Shown: positions 15,901 to 23,795 of the stretch, piece by piece
Layout of the letters: each line of letters starts with the position of its first letter
Numbering within the stretch: the stretch's first letter is position 1
Assembly: GCA_046050145.1 (NCBI GenBank)
Contig: JBJOQC010000040.1
Coordinates: forward strand, 1 to 45,162
Origin: Candidatus Parcubacteria bacterium
GTDB lineage: Bacteria > Patescibacteriota > Minisyncoccia > Phycocordibacterales > CAYZPE01
Direction of reading: 5' to 3'
Length of the DNA stretch: 45,162 nt
Made by a program: the position numbers and the translations under genes
The notes under the pieces: generated by a model
What the model was told of the DNA's origin: nothing
Database searches by the model: none
The model's input: only the letters and a program-made list of their open reading frames with translations

Positions 15901-17805
15901 ATGAACATAATCACTGCCATACCCATAGCAAAAGGTATCACTATTGATTACCTTTCATATTTCACAACAGAAACTGTTTCTACAGGTTCACTTATAAAAG
16001 TACCTGTACGTAACAGAAATATATACGCCCTTGCAGTTTCTTGCCAAGACGCAACCTCTCTCAAGAGCGAGATCAGGCAAGCAGATTTTGCATTACGAAA
16101 AATAGAAAAAATTCCAGGCCGACAATGTCTTTCACCTCATTTTATACAAGCTGTTTTTAAACTAGCGGACTATTACGCCACAACACCTGGATCTGTACTT
16201 CACTCTTCTATCCCTCAAGCAATCCTTGATTCTATAGAAAAAACAAAAGAGATAGAGATAACAACACACAAAAAGAAATCTCCTGAAAAGCTCATACTTC
16301 AAACAGATGATGAGAGCCGTATTAGTGCATACCGAAGTCTCATCAGAGAAGAGTTCGCAAAAAAGTCTTCTGTATTTATGTGTGTACCAACAATTGAAGA
16401 TGCTTTGTATCTTGAAGAAGAGTTGAGTAAGGGTGTTGAAAAATATACTTTTGTTCTTGGAAGCTTCCTTTCAAAAGAGAAAACTATTCGGGCTTGGAAT
16501 ACTGTCATTGAAGAAAAACATCCTGTTTTCATTATTGCAACGGGACAATTTCTTTCTGTACCTCGTAATGATATTGGTTTATTTATTATTGAAAAAGAGA
16601 GTTCTCCTTTTTATAAAACACTAAAACGACCTTTTCTTAATATAAAAAAAGTAGCAGAGGAAGTGGCAGAAGCGTACGGCTCACGAATTCTTTTTGGTGA
16701 CACCATCACAAGTATTGAAACAATGTGGCGACATAACCAAGGAGTAATTAGTGAGATATCACCAGTCAAACTTCGCAGTATAAGAAAAGCAAAACATATC
16801 CTTATCGATAGAAAAATTTCTCTAGAAGAAAAACATGATGAGACACGTAAAGAATCTCTCAAAAAAGGGCTGTCCGAAGAAGCTCTAAATCTTATTACTC
16901 ACTCACGTGAAAACAATGAACGGGTTTTTGTGTTTTGTAATAAAAAAGGACTGTCAAGCTCAGTATATTGTGGAGATTGTGGTCTCCAGGTAACCTGCAG
17001 ACAATGCATGGCTCCAGTAAGTCTCCATGAGCGTAATAATTCAAATAGATTTATTTGTTATAAATGTGGAACTTCACGAGATGCAGGAGAGCGATGTACT
17101 CGATGTGATAGTTGGAATTTAAGTAGTTATGGATTTGGAATAGAAAAAATACGGAGAGAAATTGAAACCCATTTTCCTTCAAATACGATTATACAGATAG
17201 ACAGCGAAACAATTAAAACTCGAAAAAAGGCTCTTGATGCTATACAAAGTTTTTACAATACTCCTGGAAGCATCCTTCTTGGAACAGATATGGCACTCCA
17301 TTATCTTCACCAGCCTTTTGAAAATAGCATTATTACAAGTATTGATTATATGTTCGGTATGCCTGATTTTAAAATACACGAAAGAGCACTTGGAACACTT
17401 CACAGTATTTCATCACTTTCACAAAAATTTTGCCTTATACAAACACGAATTATCAATCAACCACTCTTTTCATATATTCAATCTGGAAACATAAGTGACT
17501 TTTACAGAGAAGAAACTGCCGAAAGAAAAAAATGGGGCTACCCACCCTTTTCTGTCTTTATAAAAATAAGTATATCTGGTGATAAAAAGAGTAATGAACT
17601 ACTCTTAGAACCTATTCAAAAACTTGTAAGTCCTTATGAAAGTGACATTTTCACCTCTCTTTTTTCTGATACAAAAGGAAAATCTGTCACAAACCTTCTT
17701 ATGCGTATTCCCCAAGAAAAATGGCCTGATGCACGCATCGTAGAAATAATAAAAAATATACCCCCTCACATAACAGTTAAGGTTGACCCCGAACATATCC
17801 TCTAG
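15901..17805 (+). CDS. priA: PriA-like primosomal protein N' with degenerate helicase motifs
   Basis: 634 aa and collinear with PriA. The Cys-rich zinc region is kept (CGDCG...CRQC...CYKCG...CTRC). TDDESRISAY replaces Walker A, IEKES replaces DEEH, and SISSLSQK replaces QVAGRAGR. Confidence 0.75.
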   Translation: MNIITAIPIAKGITIDYLSYFTTETVSTGSLIKVPVRNRNIYALAVSCQDATSLKSEIRQADFALRKIEKIPGRQCLSPHFIQAVFKLADYYATTPGSVLHSSIPQAILDSIEKTKEIEITTHKKKSPEKLILQTDDESRISAYRSLIREEFAKKSSVFMCVPTIEDALYLEEELSKGVEKYTFVLGSFLSKEKTIRAWNTVIEEKHPVFIIATGQFLSVPRNDIGLFIIEKESSPFYKTLKRPFLNIKKVAEEVAEAYGSRILFGDTITSIETMWRHNQGVISEISPVKLRSIRKAKHILIDRKISLEEKHDETRKESLKKGLSEEALNLITHSRENNERVFVFCNKKGLSSSVYCGDCGLQVTCRQCMAPVSLHERNNSNRFICYKCGTSRDAGERCTRCDSWNLSSYGFGIEKIRREIETHFPSNTIIQIDSETIKTRKKALDAIQSFYNTPGSILLGTDMALHYLHQPFENSIITSIDYMFGMPDFKIHERALGTLHSISSLSQKFCLIQTRIINQPLFSYIQSGNISDFYREETAERKKWGYPPFSVFIKISISGDKKSNELLLEPIQKLVSPYESDIFTSLFSDTKGKSVTNLLMRIPQEKWPDARIVEIIKNIPPHITVKVDPEHIL

Positions 17806-17819
17806 TTGCAAGACAATCC

Positions 17820-18377
17820 ATGCATAAGTATAGTTTAGATGTGACCGATATAGTCCAAAGAGAACATCCAGCACTTCGAGCAGAGGCAGAAGCAGTTAAG
17901 CTTCAAGACATACAGAGCGAGAAAATTCAAAGTATCATTTCTCGCATGAAAAAGGCCTTAAGTGAGCAAGAAGATGGAGTAGCTATAGCAGCCCCTCAGA
18001 TCGGAGAAAAGCTTCGTATATTCGTCGTTTCAGGCAAGGTGTGGCACATACTCAAAAATGACAAAAAAGAAAACTCTACTGAGAAGAAAATCGAACTTCC
18101 AGATGATGTGTATATAAATCCAACAATAACTAAACTTTCTAAAAAAAGAAGGAAGATGGAAGAGGGGTGTCTTTCTGTACGCTGGTTGTATGGCAAAGTA
18201 TCACGATCAGAGAAAACGACAGTTACAGCTTACAACGAAAAAGGTGAAGAATTTACTCGTGGAGGATCCGGACTTCTTGCTCAAATATTTCAACATGAAA
18301 TCGATCATCTCGACGGCATTCTTTTTATAGACAAAGCAGAAGATCTCGAAGAGGTTCCACCTGAGAAACATGAGTAA
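17820..18377 (+). CDS. def: Peptide deformylase
   Basis: All three motifs are present: GVAIAAPQIG, EGCLSV and QHEIDHLDG. Confidence 0.92.
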   Translation: MHKYSLDVTDIVQREHPALRAEAEAVKLQDIQSEKIQSIISRMKKALSEQEDGVAIAAPQIGEKLRIFVVSGKVWHILKNDKKENSTEKKIELPDDVYINPTITKLSKKRRKMEEGCLSVRWLYGKVSRSEKTTVTAYNEKGEEFTRGGSGLLAQIFQHEIDHLDGILFIDKAEDLEEVPPEKHE

Positions 18378-19209
18378 TATTTCATTCGCATTTTTTGGTA
18401 CAGACCACTTTGCAGTGTGTGTACTCAACCAATTAGAAAAAGATGGCCTTATGCCAAAGGTTATTATTGCTGTACCTGACAAGCCTCAGGGTAAAAAACA
18501 GACTGTTATTGAGGCTCCGACAAAGATATGGGCTAAAGAAAGAAATATTGAAGTACTTCAACCAGAAAAACTCAACACTGAATTCGTAAATGTCTTATCA
18601 CAAAATTCATACGAGGTATTTATTGTCGCTTCATATGGCAAGATAATCCCTCAAACAATTCTTGATATTCCAAAAAGAAAAACACTCAACATCCACCCAT
18701 CTCTCCTTCCTCAATATCGAGGTTCTTCTCCTCTTGAAAATGCAATTCTTCACAGCACAAAAACAGGAGTAAGTGTGATGCGTCTTGATGACAAAATGGA
18801 TCACGGACCAATACTCGCCCAAAAAGAATGTGACTTTGTACTCCCTGTTCAAAGAAATATACTCGAAGAACGTCTTGCAGAAGAAGGAGGAAAACTACTT
18901 GGAGAGATTTTAGAAGCGTGGATTAGTGGAACACTACCTGAGAGAGAACAAAACCATTCGCAAGCAAGCTATACTGAAAAAATTAAAAAAGAAGATGGTC
19001 TTTTGGATCTTTCAAAACCATTTCAATCATACAAAAAAATACTTGCCTACTACGGATGGCCAGGAACTTATTTTTTTTCAGATAAAAATAATAAAAAAAT
19101 TCGAGTACTTGTTACGGAAGCTGATTTTACCAATGAAAAGCTCTTAATCAAAAAAGTAAAACCTGAAGGTAAAAAAGAAATGTCCTATGAAGATTTTCTT
19201 CGAGGGTAG
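18370..19209 (+). CDS. fmt: Methionyl-tRNA formyltransferase
   Basis: 279 aa. It contains HPSLLPQYRGSSPLENAIL, overlaps def by 8 nt, and has a C-terminal Fmt domain. Confidence 0.88.
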   Translation: MSNISFAFFGTDHFAVCVLNQLEKDGLMPKVIIAVPDKPQGKKQTVIEAPTKIWAKERNIEVLQPEKLNTEFVNVLSQNSYEVFIVASYGKIIPQTILDIPKRKTLNIHPSLLPQYRGSSPLENAILHSTKTGVSVMRLDDKMDHGPILAQKECDFVLPVQRNILEERLAEEGGKLLGEILEAWISGTLPEREQNHSQASYTEKIKKEDGLLDLSKPFQSYKKILAYYGWPGTYFFSDKNNKKIRVLVTEADFTNEKLLIKKVKPEGKKEMSYEDFLRG

Positions 19210-19377
19210 TTACAATTTTTCTTCTAGGCGCTCGTTTAAAGTGTTCACAGCAGATGTAAGATCTTCAGCAACAACAATAGCTTGATGCATAAGATACAAA
19301 ACTCCTGTAATCGCTGCTGCTGATACAAGTACTATCGCAGATAAAACTGGATGAACTTGTTTTTTATATTGAGGCAT
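19210..19377 (-). CDS. Hypothetical small membrane protein
   Basis: ATG 19377 lies one nt after the hpf stop. There is one TM helix (VLSAIVLVSAAAITGVLYL). 55 aa. Confidence 0.45.
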   Translation of the reverse strand: MPQYKKQVHPVLSAIVLVSAAAITGVLYLMHQAIVVAEDLTSAVNTLNERLEEKL

Positions 19378-19378
19378 A

Positions 19379-19768
19379 TTATTTATTTTTTCTTCGAAAT
19401 GGATACGTTGCACCCTTAAGAATTGCCTTGACTAAGGCACCACCTCTTCGTACCAGACCTGCACGCTTTTTATTATGAGAAGAAATAGAACGAGCAATTT
19501 CATCCTTCACATCATCAAGCGCTGCGTTGAGAGAATCTTTTTCTGAGACAGCATACACATATTTACCAGCAATATGTAAATTCATTTCAGCCTTAAACAC
19601 ATCACCTGTCTTATGGTGCATTGTTGTTTTACCAACCTCAACATCACACATGGCACTTGAATCATTCGGCTCAACATACTTTTCAAGAAGATCGATCTTC
19701 TTTTGAACATACTCGCGAATTGAATCTGTTAATTCTATATTCGTCGCTTTTATGTTTGTTTTTATCAT
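19379..19768 (-). CDS. hpf: Ribosome hibernation promoting factor / RaiA family
   Basis: MIKTNIKATNIELTDSIREYVQKKIDLLEKY... is typical of the HPF/YfiA N-domain. The start is set at ATG 19768. Confidence 0.8.
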   Translation of the reverse strand: MIKTNIKATNIELTDSIREYVQKKIDLLEKYVEPNDSSAMCDVEVGKTTMHHKTGDVFKAEMNLHIAGKYVYAVSEKDSLNAALDDVKDEIARSISSHNKKRAGLVRRGGALVKAILKGATYPFRRKNK

Positions 19769-19836
19769 ATGTATATTATACCCCAACGAATACAAAGCGT
19801 TCCACCTTTGATTCCACGGGGCAAGTCAAAAAACAA

Positions 19837-20067
19837 CTAATTTTTTTCTATGTCAATCGCAATAATTTTTGAAGGAGAATGGTGACCACTTATAATACGC
19901 ACCTTACCTACTACAACACCAAAATGTCGAGCAATCAAAAGAAGAATTCTTTTATTTGCCATATTTCGCTCAGCTTTTTCTTTTACAGCAATTTTAAAAT
20001 GGTCTTCACTCTCTTTTTCAAAAGTCTCTTTTTTAGATCCCGGCTCAACCCTAATCTTTATATACAT
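19837..20067 (-). CDS. DUF167 (YggU-like) family protein
   Basis: IKIRVEPGSKK....KIAVKEKAERNMANKRILLLIARHFG matches the YggU pattern (PG.....v...A.p..G.AN..l...la). Confidence 0.65.
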   Translation of the reverse strand: MYIKIRVEPGSKKETFEKESEDHFKIAVKEKAERNMANKRILLLIARHFGVVVGKVRIISGHHSPSKIIAIDIEKN

Positions 20068-20122
20068 AGACCAAGTATATATTAGGATTAATGAGTTAAG
20101 TATGTCAAAATACAATAAAAAA

Positions 20123-20151
20123 TTGCTTTGTCAAAAATAGAGCTTTATACT
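20123..20151 (+). promoter_or_regulatory. Candidate promoter TTGCTT-N17-TATACT
   Basis: Hexamers at 20123-20128 and 20146-20151. This implies a leader of about 170 nt before ATG 20329. Confidence 0.4.
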
Positions 20152-20328
20152 AGATGAGTCGCAAAGATATCTAACTACAACAAATAGAACCTTAGACTCA
20201 TTAACCTCCAAGAGTCGACATGCAAAAAATTTTTGCACGCATGGAATATCTCTATCATGTATTTTATTTTTGCTTCGAAGAGTTATCTAACTCGACGAGC
20301 GGACTTCTTTAACACTAATATTAAATAT

Positions 20329-20991
20329 ATGTTTACTACAACATTCTCTTTCAAGAAAATATCGAATCTATTTATTGGAGCGACAGTTCTTGTGGCAGCT
20401 CTAACTTTAATGCTTATACCTGCAATTGCAGATGCAGCACTAAATCGTCAATTAGAAATTGGTATGTCAGGAACTGATGTTTCTGAACTCCAAATCTTTC
20501 TTGCGCGAGACAACACAATTTACCCACAAGGACTTGTAACTGGATATTTTGGATCTCTTACTAAGTCAGCAGTTTCAAATTTCCAAGCTCGTAATGGTAT
20601 AGCAACAGTTGGTCGTGTCGGCCCTGTAACACTTTCAGCGATAAATGCTCAGATGGGTAACAGTGCTTTCGACAGAAACGCCCCAATGATTAACTCAGTT
20701 AATATTGGTACCACAAACACAAGCGCTACAGTAAGTTGGAACACAACTGAAAATGCTGCCGGAATTGTTTATTACAGCCAATTCCCTCTTGTTCTTACAG
20801 AAGCTTCAGCAAACACACCTGTAAATGTATCTGGATCAAGCTTCCTTACAAATAGTGATATACGATCTTCACATTCAGGGACAATAACAAACTTACAATC
20901 AAGCACTAATTACAACTATGTAATCTATTCAAGAGACGCTTCAGGTAATGAAAGTATTACATGGCCAGCTCTCTTCAGAACTCAAAACTAA
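20329..20991 (+). CDS. Secreted/anchored protein with a peptidoglycan-binding domain and an FN3-like domain
   Basis: Signal/TM segment, then a PG_binding_1-like repeat (GMSGTDVSELQIFL...GYFGSLTKSAVSNFQARNGI), then SATVSWNTTENAAGIVYY (FN3-like). Confidence 0.7.
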   Translation: MFTTTFSFKKISNLFIGATVLVAALTLMLIPAIADAALNRQLEIGMSGTDVSELQIFLARDNTIYPQGLVTGYFGSLTKSAVSNFQARNGIATVGRVGPVTLSAINAQMGNSAFDRNAPMINSVNIGTTNTSATVSWNTTENAAGIVYYSQFPLVLTEASANTPVNVSGSSFLTNSDIRSSHSGTITNLQSSTNYNYVIYSRDASGNESITWPALFRTQN

Positions 20992-21001
20992 CTTATAAAT
21001 C

Positions 21002-21151
21002 ATGTTAGGAACTATTGCAGTTATATTAATTATTCTTTGGTTACTAGGTATTGTTACCTCTTACACTATCGGAGGATTTATACATATTCTTCTGGTAATA
21101 GCGATTATCATGATACTTGTCCGATTAATACGAGGCGAAAGAGTACTCTAG
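21002..21151 (+). CDS. lmo0937-family small membrane protein (49 aa, absent from the ORF track)
   Basis: The translation is MLGTIAVILIILWLLGIVTSYTIGGFIHILLVIAIIMILVRLIRGERVL. The LWLLG....GGFIH.LLVIA...L..RLIRG pattern is characteristic of this family. Confidence 0.7.
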   Translation: MLGTIAVILIILWLLGIVTSYTIGGFIHILLVIAIIMILVRLIRGERVL

Positions 21152-21162
21152 TAATCTACAAC

Positions 21163-21191
21163 AAAAAAACACCCGTAAGGGTGTTTTTTTT
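21163..21191. terminator. Bidirectional intrinsic terminator
   Basis: CACCC-GTAA-GGGTG stem flanked by A7 and T8. Confidence 0.65.
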
Positions 21192-21204
21192 GTTTAAATT
21201 TTAC

Positions 21205-21234
21205 TTTATAAGTACTTTGCTCCGGTGGTAGGAC
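21205..21234 (-). repeat. 30-nt exact direct repeat: last 15 nt of tRNA-Asn plus 15 nt of its 3' flank (copy 1, decayed 3'-exon duplicate)
   Basis: TTTATAAGTACTTTGCTCCGGTGGTAGGAC occurs at 21205-21234 and 21375-21404. Weaker similarity (TCGA.CC..TAC, UGUAA) continues for about 25 nt. Confidence 0.85.
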
Positions 21235-21389
21235 CTTCGACCCTTACAGGGTCAGTACCCCAATTGGATATTTTTTTTCGTAAACTCAAAAATATCTCAA
21301 TCGGGCTTCGAGTCCTAACGCAAGAGAAATTGTTCTCTTGCTCCACATGGAGCATACTTAAAAACGCTTCGCATTTTATAAGTACTTTG

Positions 21390-21698
21390 CTCCGGTGGTA
21401 GGACTCGAACCTACAACCCCCTCGTTACATCAACCCTTCTATTTCTAAAAGGAATGGACTATATCATCATCCCGAAGGATGTGAGGCGCTTCCCCTAAAT
21501 CATTTTTGAATGATCGGGTACTCCTCGCGGATAGTCTCTGAACCTTCTCTTACTTAAAAGTGAGAGCTTGGCTGCTGATTGCCCTTTCCAAAAATTGGAT
21601 GAGGGTTTCCAGTCAATTCACCTCATTTTTCAACTCAAATTACTTTGAGAAGCTGCAACAACTTACAGCGAGACGCTCTACCATTGAGCTACACCGGA
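21390..21698 (-). tRNA. tRNA-Asn(GUU) interrupted by a group I intron (exons 21698-21665 and 21427-21390)
   Basis: Spliced sequence, arm by arm: UCCGGUG-UA-GCUC-AAUGGUA-GAGC-G-UCUCG-CUGUUAA-CGAGG-GGGUU-GUAGG-UUCGAGU-CCUAC-CACCGGA-G. It forms a full cloverleaf with U1-A72 and G73 as in bacterial tRNA-Asn. No CCA is encoded. Confidence 0.88.
21428..21664 (-). ncRNA. Group I intron, 237 nt, no ORF
   Basis: In P1 the exon GCUGU pairs with intron GCAGC, giving U.G at the 5' splice site, and the intron ends in G. The core elements are P AAUUUUUGGAAAGGGC (21596-21581), Q AAUCAGCAGCCAAGC (21580-21566), R GGUUCAGAGACUA (21544-21532) and S AUGAUAUAGUCC (21467-21456). GACUA/UAGUC forms P7. Confidence 0.9.
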
Positions 21699-21738
21699 GC
21701 AAAATACTCATATATTTAAACCTCAAAGAACGAGTTTT

Positions 21739-21767
21739 ATGATAGCAAACCAAGGCTTGAATGCCAA
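21739..21767 (-). promoter_or_regulatory. Candidate tRNA promoter TTGGCA-N17-TATCAT with TGC extended -10
   Basis: On the minus strand TTGGCA lies at 21767-21762 and TGCTATCAT at 21747-21739, about 35-40 nt upstream of the tRNA 5' end. Confidence 0.45.
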
Positions 21768-21809
21768 GACATATTTTAGTAATTAGACCAAAAACTAAAG
21801 ACCGTAAAA

Positions 21810-22394
21810 TTACACAGATTCCGAAATAAAATCAGATATTTTTTTTAAAATTTCCCCCCTACCCTCTTTTGTTTTTGCTGAACAGAGAATCATTTCAGCT
21901 GCAGGCATAAGTTCTGATATTTTTTTTATTTGAGTACTTCTCTCACTCTGATTTAATGCATCTGCCTTATTAAGAAGTATGAGTGCATCCTGACCACGCT
22001 CCCGAAGTAACCGGAGAGTCTCTTCATCCATAACACTTGGTCCAACTCTTATATCGAGCACGAGAATCACCTTTCTTTTAAAAACATCCTCGAGTAAATA
22101 CCACTGGAGCATTCCTGCAATTTGATCTCTTTCCTCAGGAGACATTTGAGCGAAGCCGTACCCAGGCAAATCTACACAATAAAAAGCATTGTTAATAAGA
22201 AAAAAGTTAATTTCTTTTGTTTTCCCTGGTTTTTTGCCAGATTTTACCAAGTCTTTTTTATTAAGAATACAGTTAATAAGACTGGACTTACCGACATTTG
22301 AACGTCCCATAAAAGCTATTTGAGGCTTTTCTTCATAGAGAATATCATCTGTTCCTCGAATCCCCTTTTTAAATTCAGCACTTGTAATTTTCAT
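21810..22394 (-). CDS. engB: Ribosome biogenesis GTPase EngB/YsxC
   Basis: GRSNVGKSSLIN (G1), DLPGYG (G3), NKAD (G4). Confidence 0.9.
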   Translation of the reverse strand: MKITSAEFKKGIRGTDDILYEEKPQIAFMGRSNVGKSSLINCILNKKDLVKSGKKPGKTKEINFFLINNAFYCVDLPGYGFAQMSPEERDQIAGMLQWYLLEDVFKRKVILVLDIRVGPSVMDEETLRLLRERGQDALILLNKADALNQSERSTQIKKISELMPAAEMILCSAKTKEGRGEILKKISDFISESV

Positions 22395-22501
22395 TAGTTT
22401 CGATACTACAGGAAATACTTTATATTGTCATATATCTCTTGCTAAAAAGCTCAAGGAGACTATAGTAAGTATAGAATTTTAGTCCTCATAAAGGAGAAAG
22501 T

Positions 22502-23002
22502 ATGATTGAAGAAAAAATCTTAAAAGATGCCACATTGTGCCTACTGGTCAAGAATGGTGAAGTCTGCCTGCCGATCAAAAAACATAAGATTGGGGCAGGA
22601 TGTCGTATGGGCTATGGTGGTGGTATCGAAGAAGGAGAAACGCCAACAACAGGTGCATTACGAGAACTTCGTGAAGAATGTGGCGTAGAAGCTTTGGAGA
22701 GTAATCTTCAAAAGATTGCTCTGTGTCATTTTCGTAATCAGACACTACAAGGAGAAATTTTTGTATGCACTGTTCATGTTTTTCTTGTAAGTAAGTGGGT
22801 AGGCACACCGAGCGAGACAGATGAAATGGGTAAACCTCAGTGGTTTCCAATAGAGAGCCTTCCACTTGAAAAGCTCATGCTTGCTGATCCATACTGGCTC
22901 CCACAAGTACTTAAGGGAGAAAAAATTGAAGTTTGGGCAGGCTATGGACCTCATCAGAAAATACTTATTGGTGAAGTTATTGTTAAGTCTTTGACCTCGT
23001 GA
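22502..23002 (+). CDS. Nudix hydrolase
   Basis: Nudix box GGGIEEGETPTTGALRELREECGV. AAGGAG SD upstream. Confidence 0.85.
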   Translation: MIEEKILKDATLCLLVKNGEVCLPIKKHKIGAGCRMGYGGGIEEGETPTTGALRELREECGVEALESNLQKIALCHFRNQTLQGEIFVCTVHVFLVSKWVGTPSETDEMGKPQWFPIESLPLEKLMLADPYWLPQVLKGEKIEVWAGYGPHQKILIGEVIVKSLTS

Positions 23003-23033
23003 ACCACCCCGCACCGGCAGGGTGGTTTTTTGT
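23003..23033 (+). terminator. Intrinsic terminator
   Basis: ACCACCC...GGGTGGT stem followed by T6. Confidence 0.7.
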
Positions 23034-23045
23034 TATAATAGATAG

Positions 23046-23363
23046 ATGAATCTTTCTCAACAAAAATGCATTCCATGTGAAGGAGGTATGCCACCCCTCA
23101 CACAAGAACAAGCAAAAATTCACCTTGAGCAAATACCTCAATGGAAATTAAAAGAAAACAACATAGAGAGAAATTTTGTATTTAAAAATTTTATGGAAGC
23201 AATGGAATTCATAAATAAAGTTGCGCAGATTGCAGAAAAAGAAGGACACCATCCTGACATCACTATTTCATATAACAAAGTCCACATTTCTCTTACAACT
23301 CACGCAATCAGTGGACTATCTGTAAATGATTTTATTATTGCTTCAAAAATAAACACTCTATAA
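23046..23363 (+). CDS. Pterin-4-alpha-carbinolamine dehydratase
   Basis: 105 aa. It contains W......L.R.F.F.NF..A..F...VA..AE...HHPDI......V...L.TH, the PCD/DCoH signature. Confidence 0.85.
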   Translation: MNLSQQKCIPCEGGMPPLTQEQAKIHLEQIPQWKLKENNIERNFVFKNFMEAMEFINKVAQIAEKEGHHPDITISYNKVHISLTTHAISGLSVNDFIIASKINTL

Positions 23364-23364
23364 T

Positions 23365-23393
23365 TTGACAAATTATTTAAAATAGGTTATCAT
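23365..23393 (+). promoter_or_regulatory. Promoter TTGACA-N17-TATCAT
   Basis: Hexamers at 23365-23370 and 23388-23393, upstream of ORF 23431 (SD AGGAGA). Confidence 0.55.
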
Positions 23394-23430
23394 AAAAAAG
23401 TACTGATCTTTCAAACCTTAGGAGAAAGTC

Positions 23431-23718
23431 ATGTCTAGACATGCAGCTGGCGGAAAAATTACAGCATCGCACACCACAATCATTGATGAGGCTGAGAAAA
23501 TAATTGCCACTGCTCAAACACTGAGTGAAGTGAGTAAAATATCACTTGGTATCATCAAACAAATAGGTTCAGGCAAAAGAAAGATAATTTTTTCTGAAAT
23601 ACCTGCAGGTTTTTTAATTCGAGTACGAGGCAGTGTTACAATGCAAGAATTACGAGTTTTCAGTTCTGATAAAGCAAAAACTCGAGAAGCCCTTTTTCGA
23701 GCGTTCTGGATACGATAA
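23431..23718 (+). CDS. Hypothetical protein
   Basis: 95 aa with its own promoter, a good SD and a terminator. I cannot place it in a family confidently. Confidence 0.6.
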   Translation: MSRHAAGGKITASHTTIIDEAEKIIATAQTLSEVSKISLGIIKQIGSGKRKIIFSEIPAGFLIRVRGSVTMQELRVFSSDKAKTREALFRAFWIR

Positions 23719-23722
23719 TAAG

Positions 23723-23758
23723 CCAGTGCAACATTGTGTAAGTTGTGCTGGTTTTTTT
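23723..23758 (+). terminator. Intrinsic terminator
   Basis: 10-bp stem (two G.U pairs) followed by T7. Confidence 0.65.
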
Positions 23759-23761
23759 ATT

Positions 23762-23791
23762 AAAGAATCCCGCGCACGAAGTGCGCGGGAT
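23762..23791 (-). terminator. Hairpin terminator of the lipoprotein gene
   Basis: ATCCCGCGCAC-GAA-GTGCGCGGGAT, followed on the minus strand by TTCTTTAAT. Confidence 0.5.
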
Positions 23792-23795
23792 TTGT

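Noticed and set aside
20152-20328. The leader of about 170 nt before the PG-binding protein gene, considered as a possible cell-wall riboswitch (ydaO/c-di-AMP type).
   Set aside because: I could not find the conserved ydaO core sequences or a pseudo-symmetric fold. I saw only an A/T palindrome (TGCAAAAAATTTTTGCA) and a 9-nt repeat (TATCTAACT).
21235-21330. A second tRNA gene: a hairpin GACCCUUACAGGGUC (UAC, Val-like, on plus; GUA on minus) and a T-loop-like TTCGAGTCCTA on the plus strand.
   Set aside because: No D-arm or acceptor partner is present, and no correctly spaced T-arm can be drawn on either strand. It looks like tRNA-derived debris.
21662-21668. The unspliced anticodon loop CUGUAAG read as tRNA-Tyr(GUA).
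   Set aside because: - Group I splicing requires U at the exon end and G at the intron end, which gives CUGU|UAA, that is GUU.
- The tRNA has a 5-nt variable loop, whereas bacterial tRNA-Tyr is class II.
- It has the U1-A72/G73 features of tRNA-Asn.
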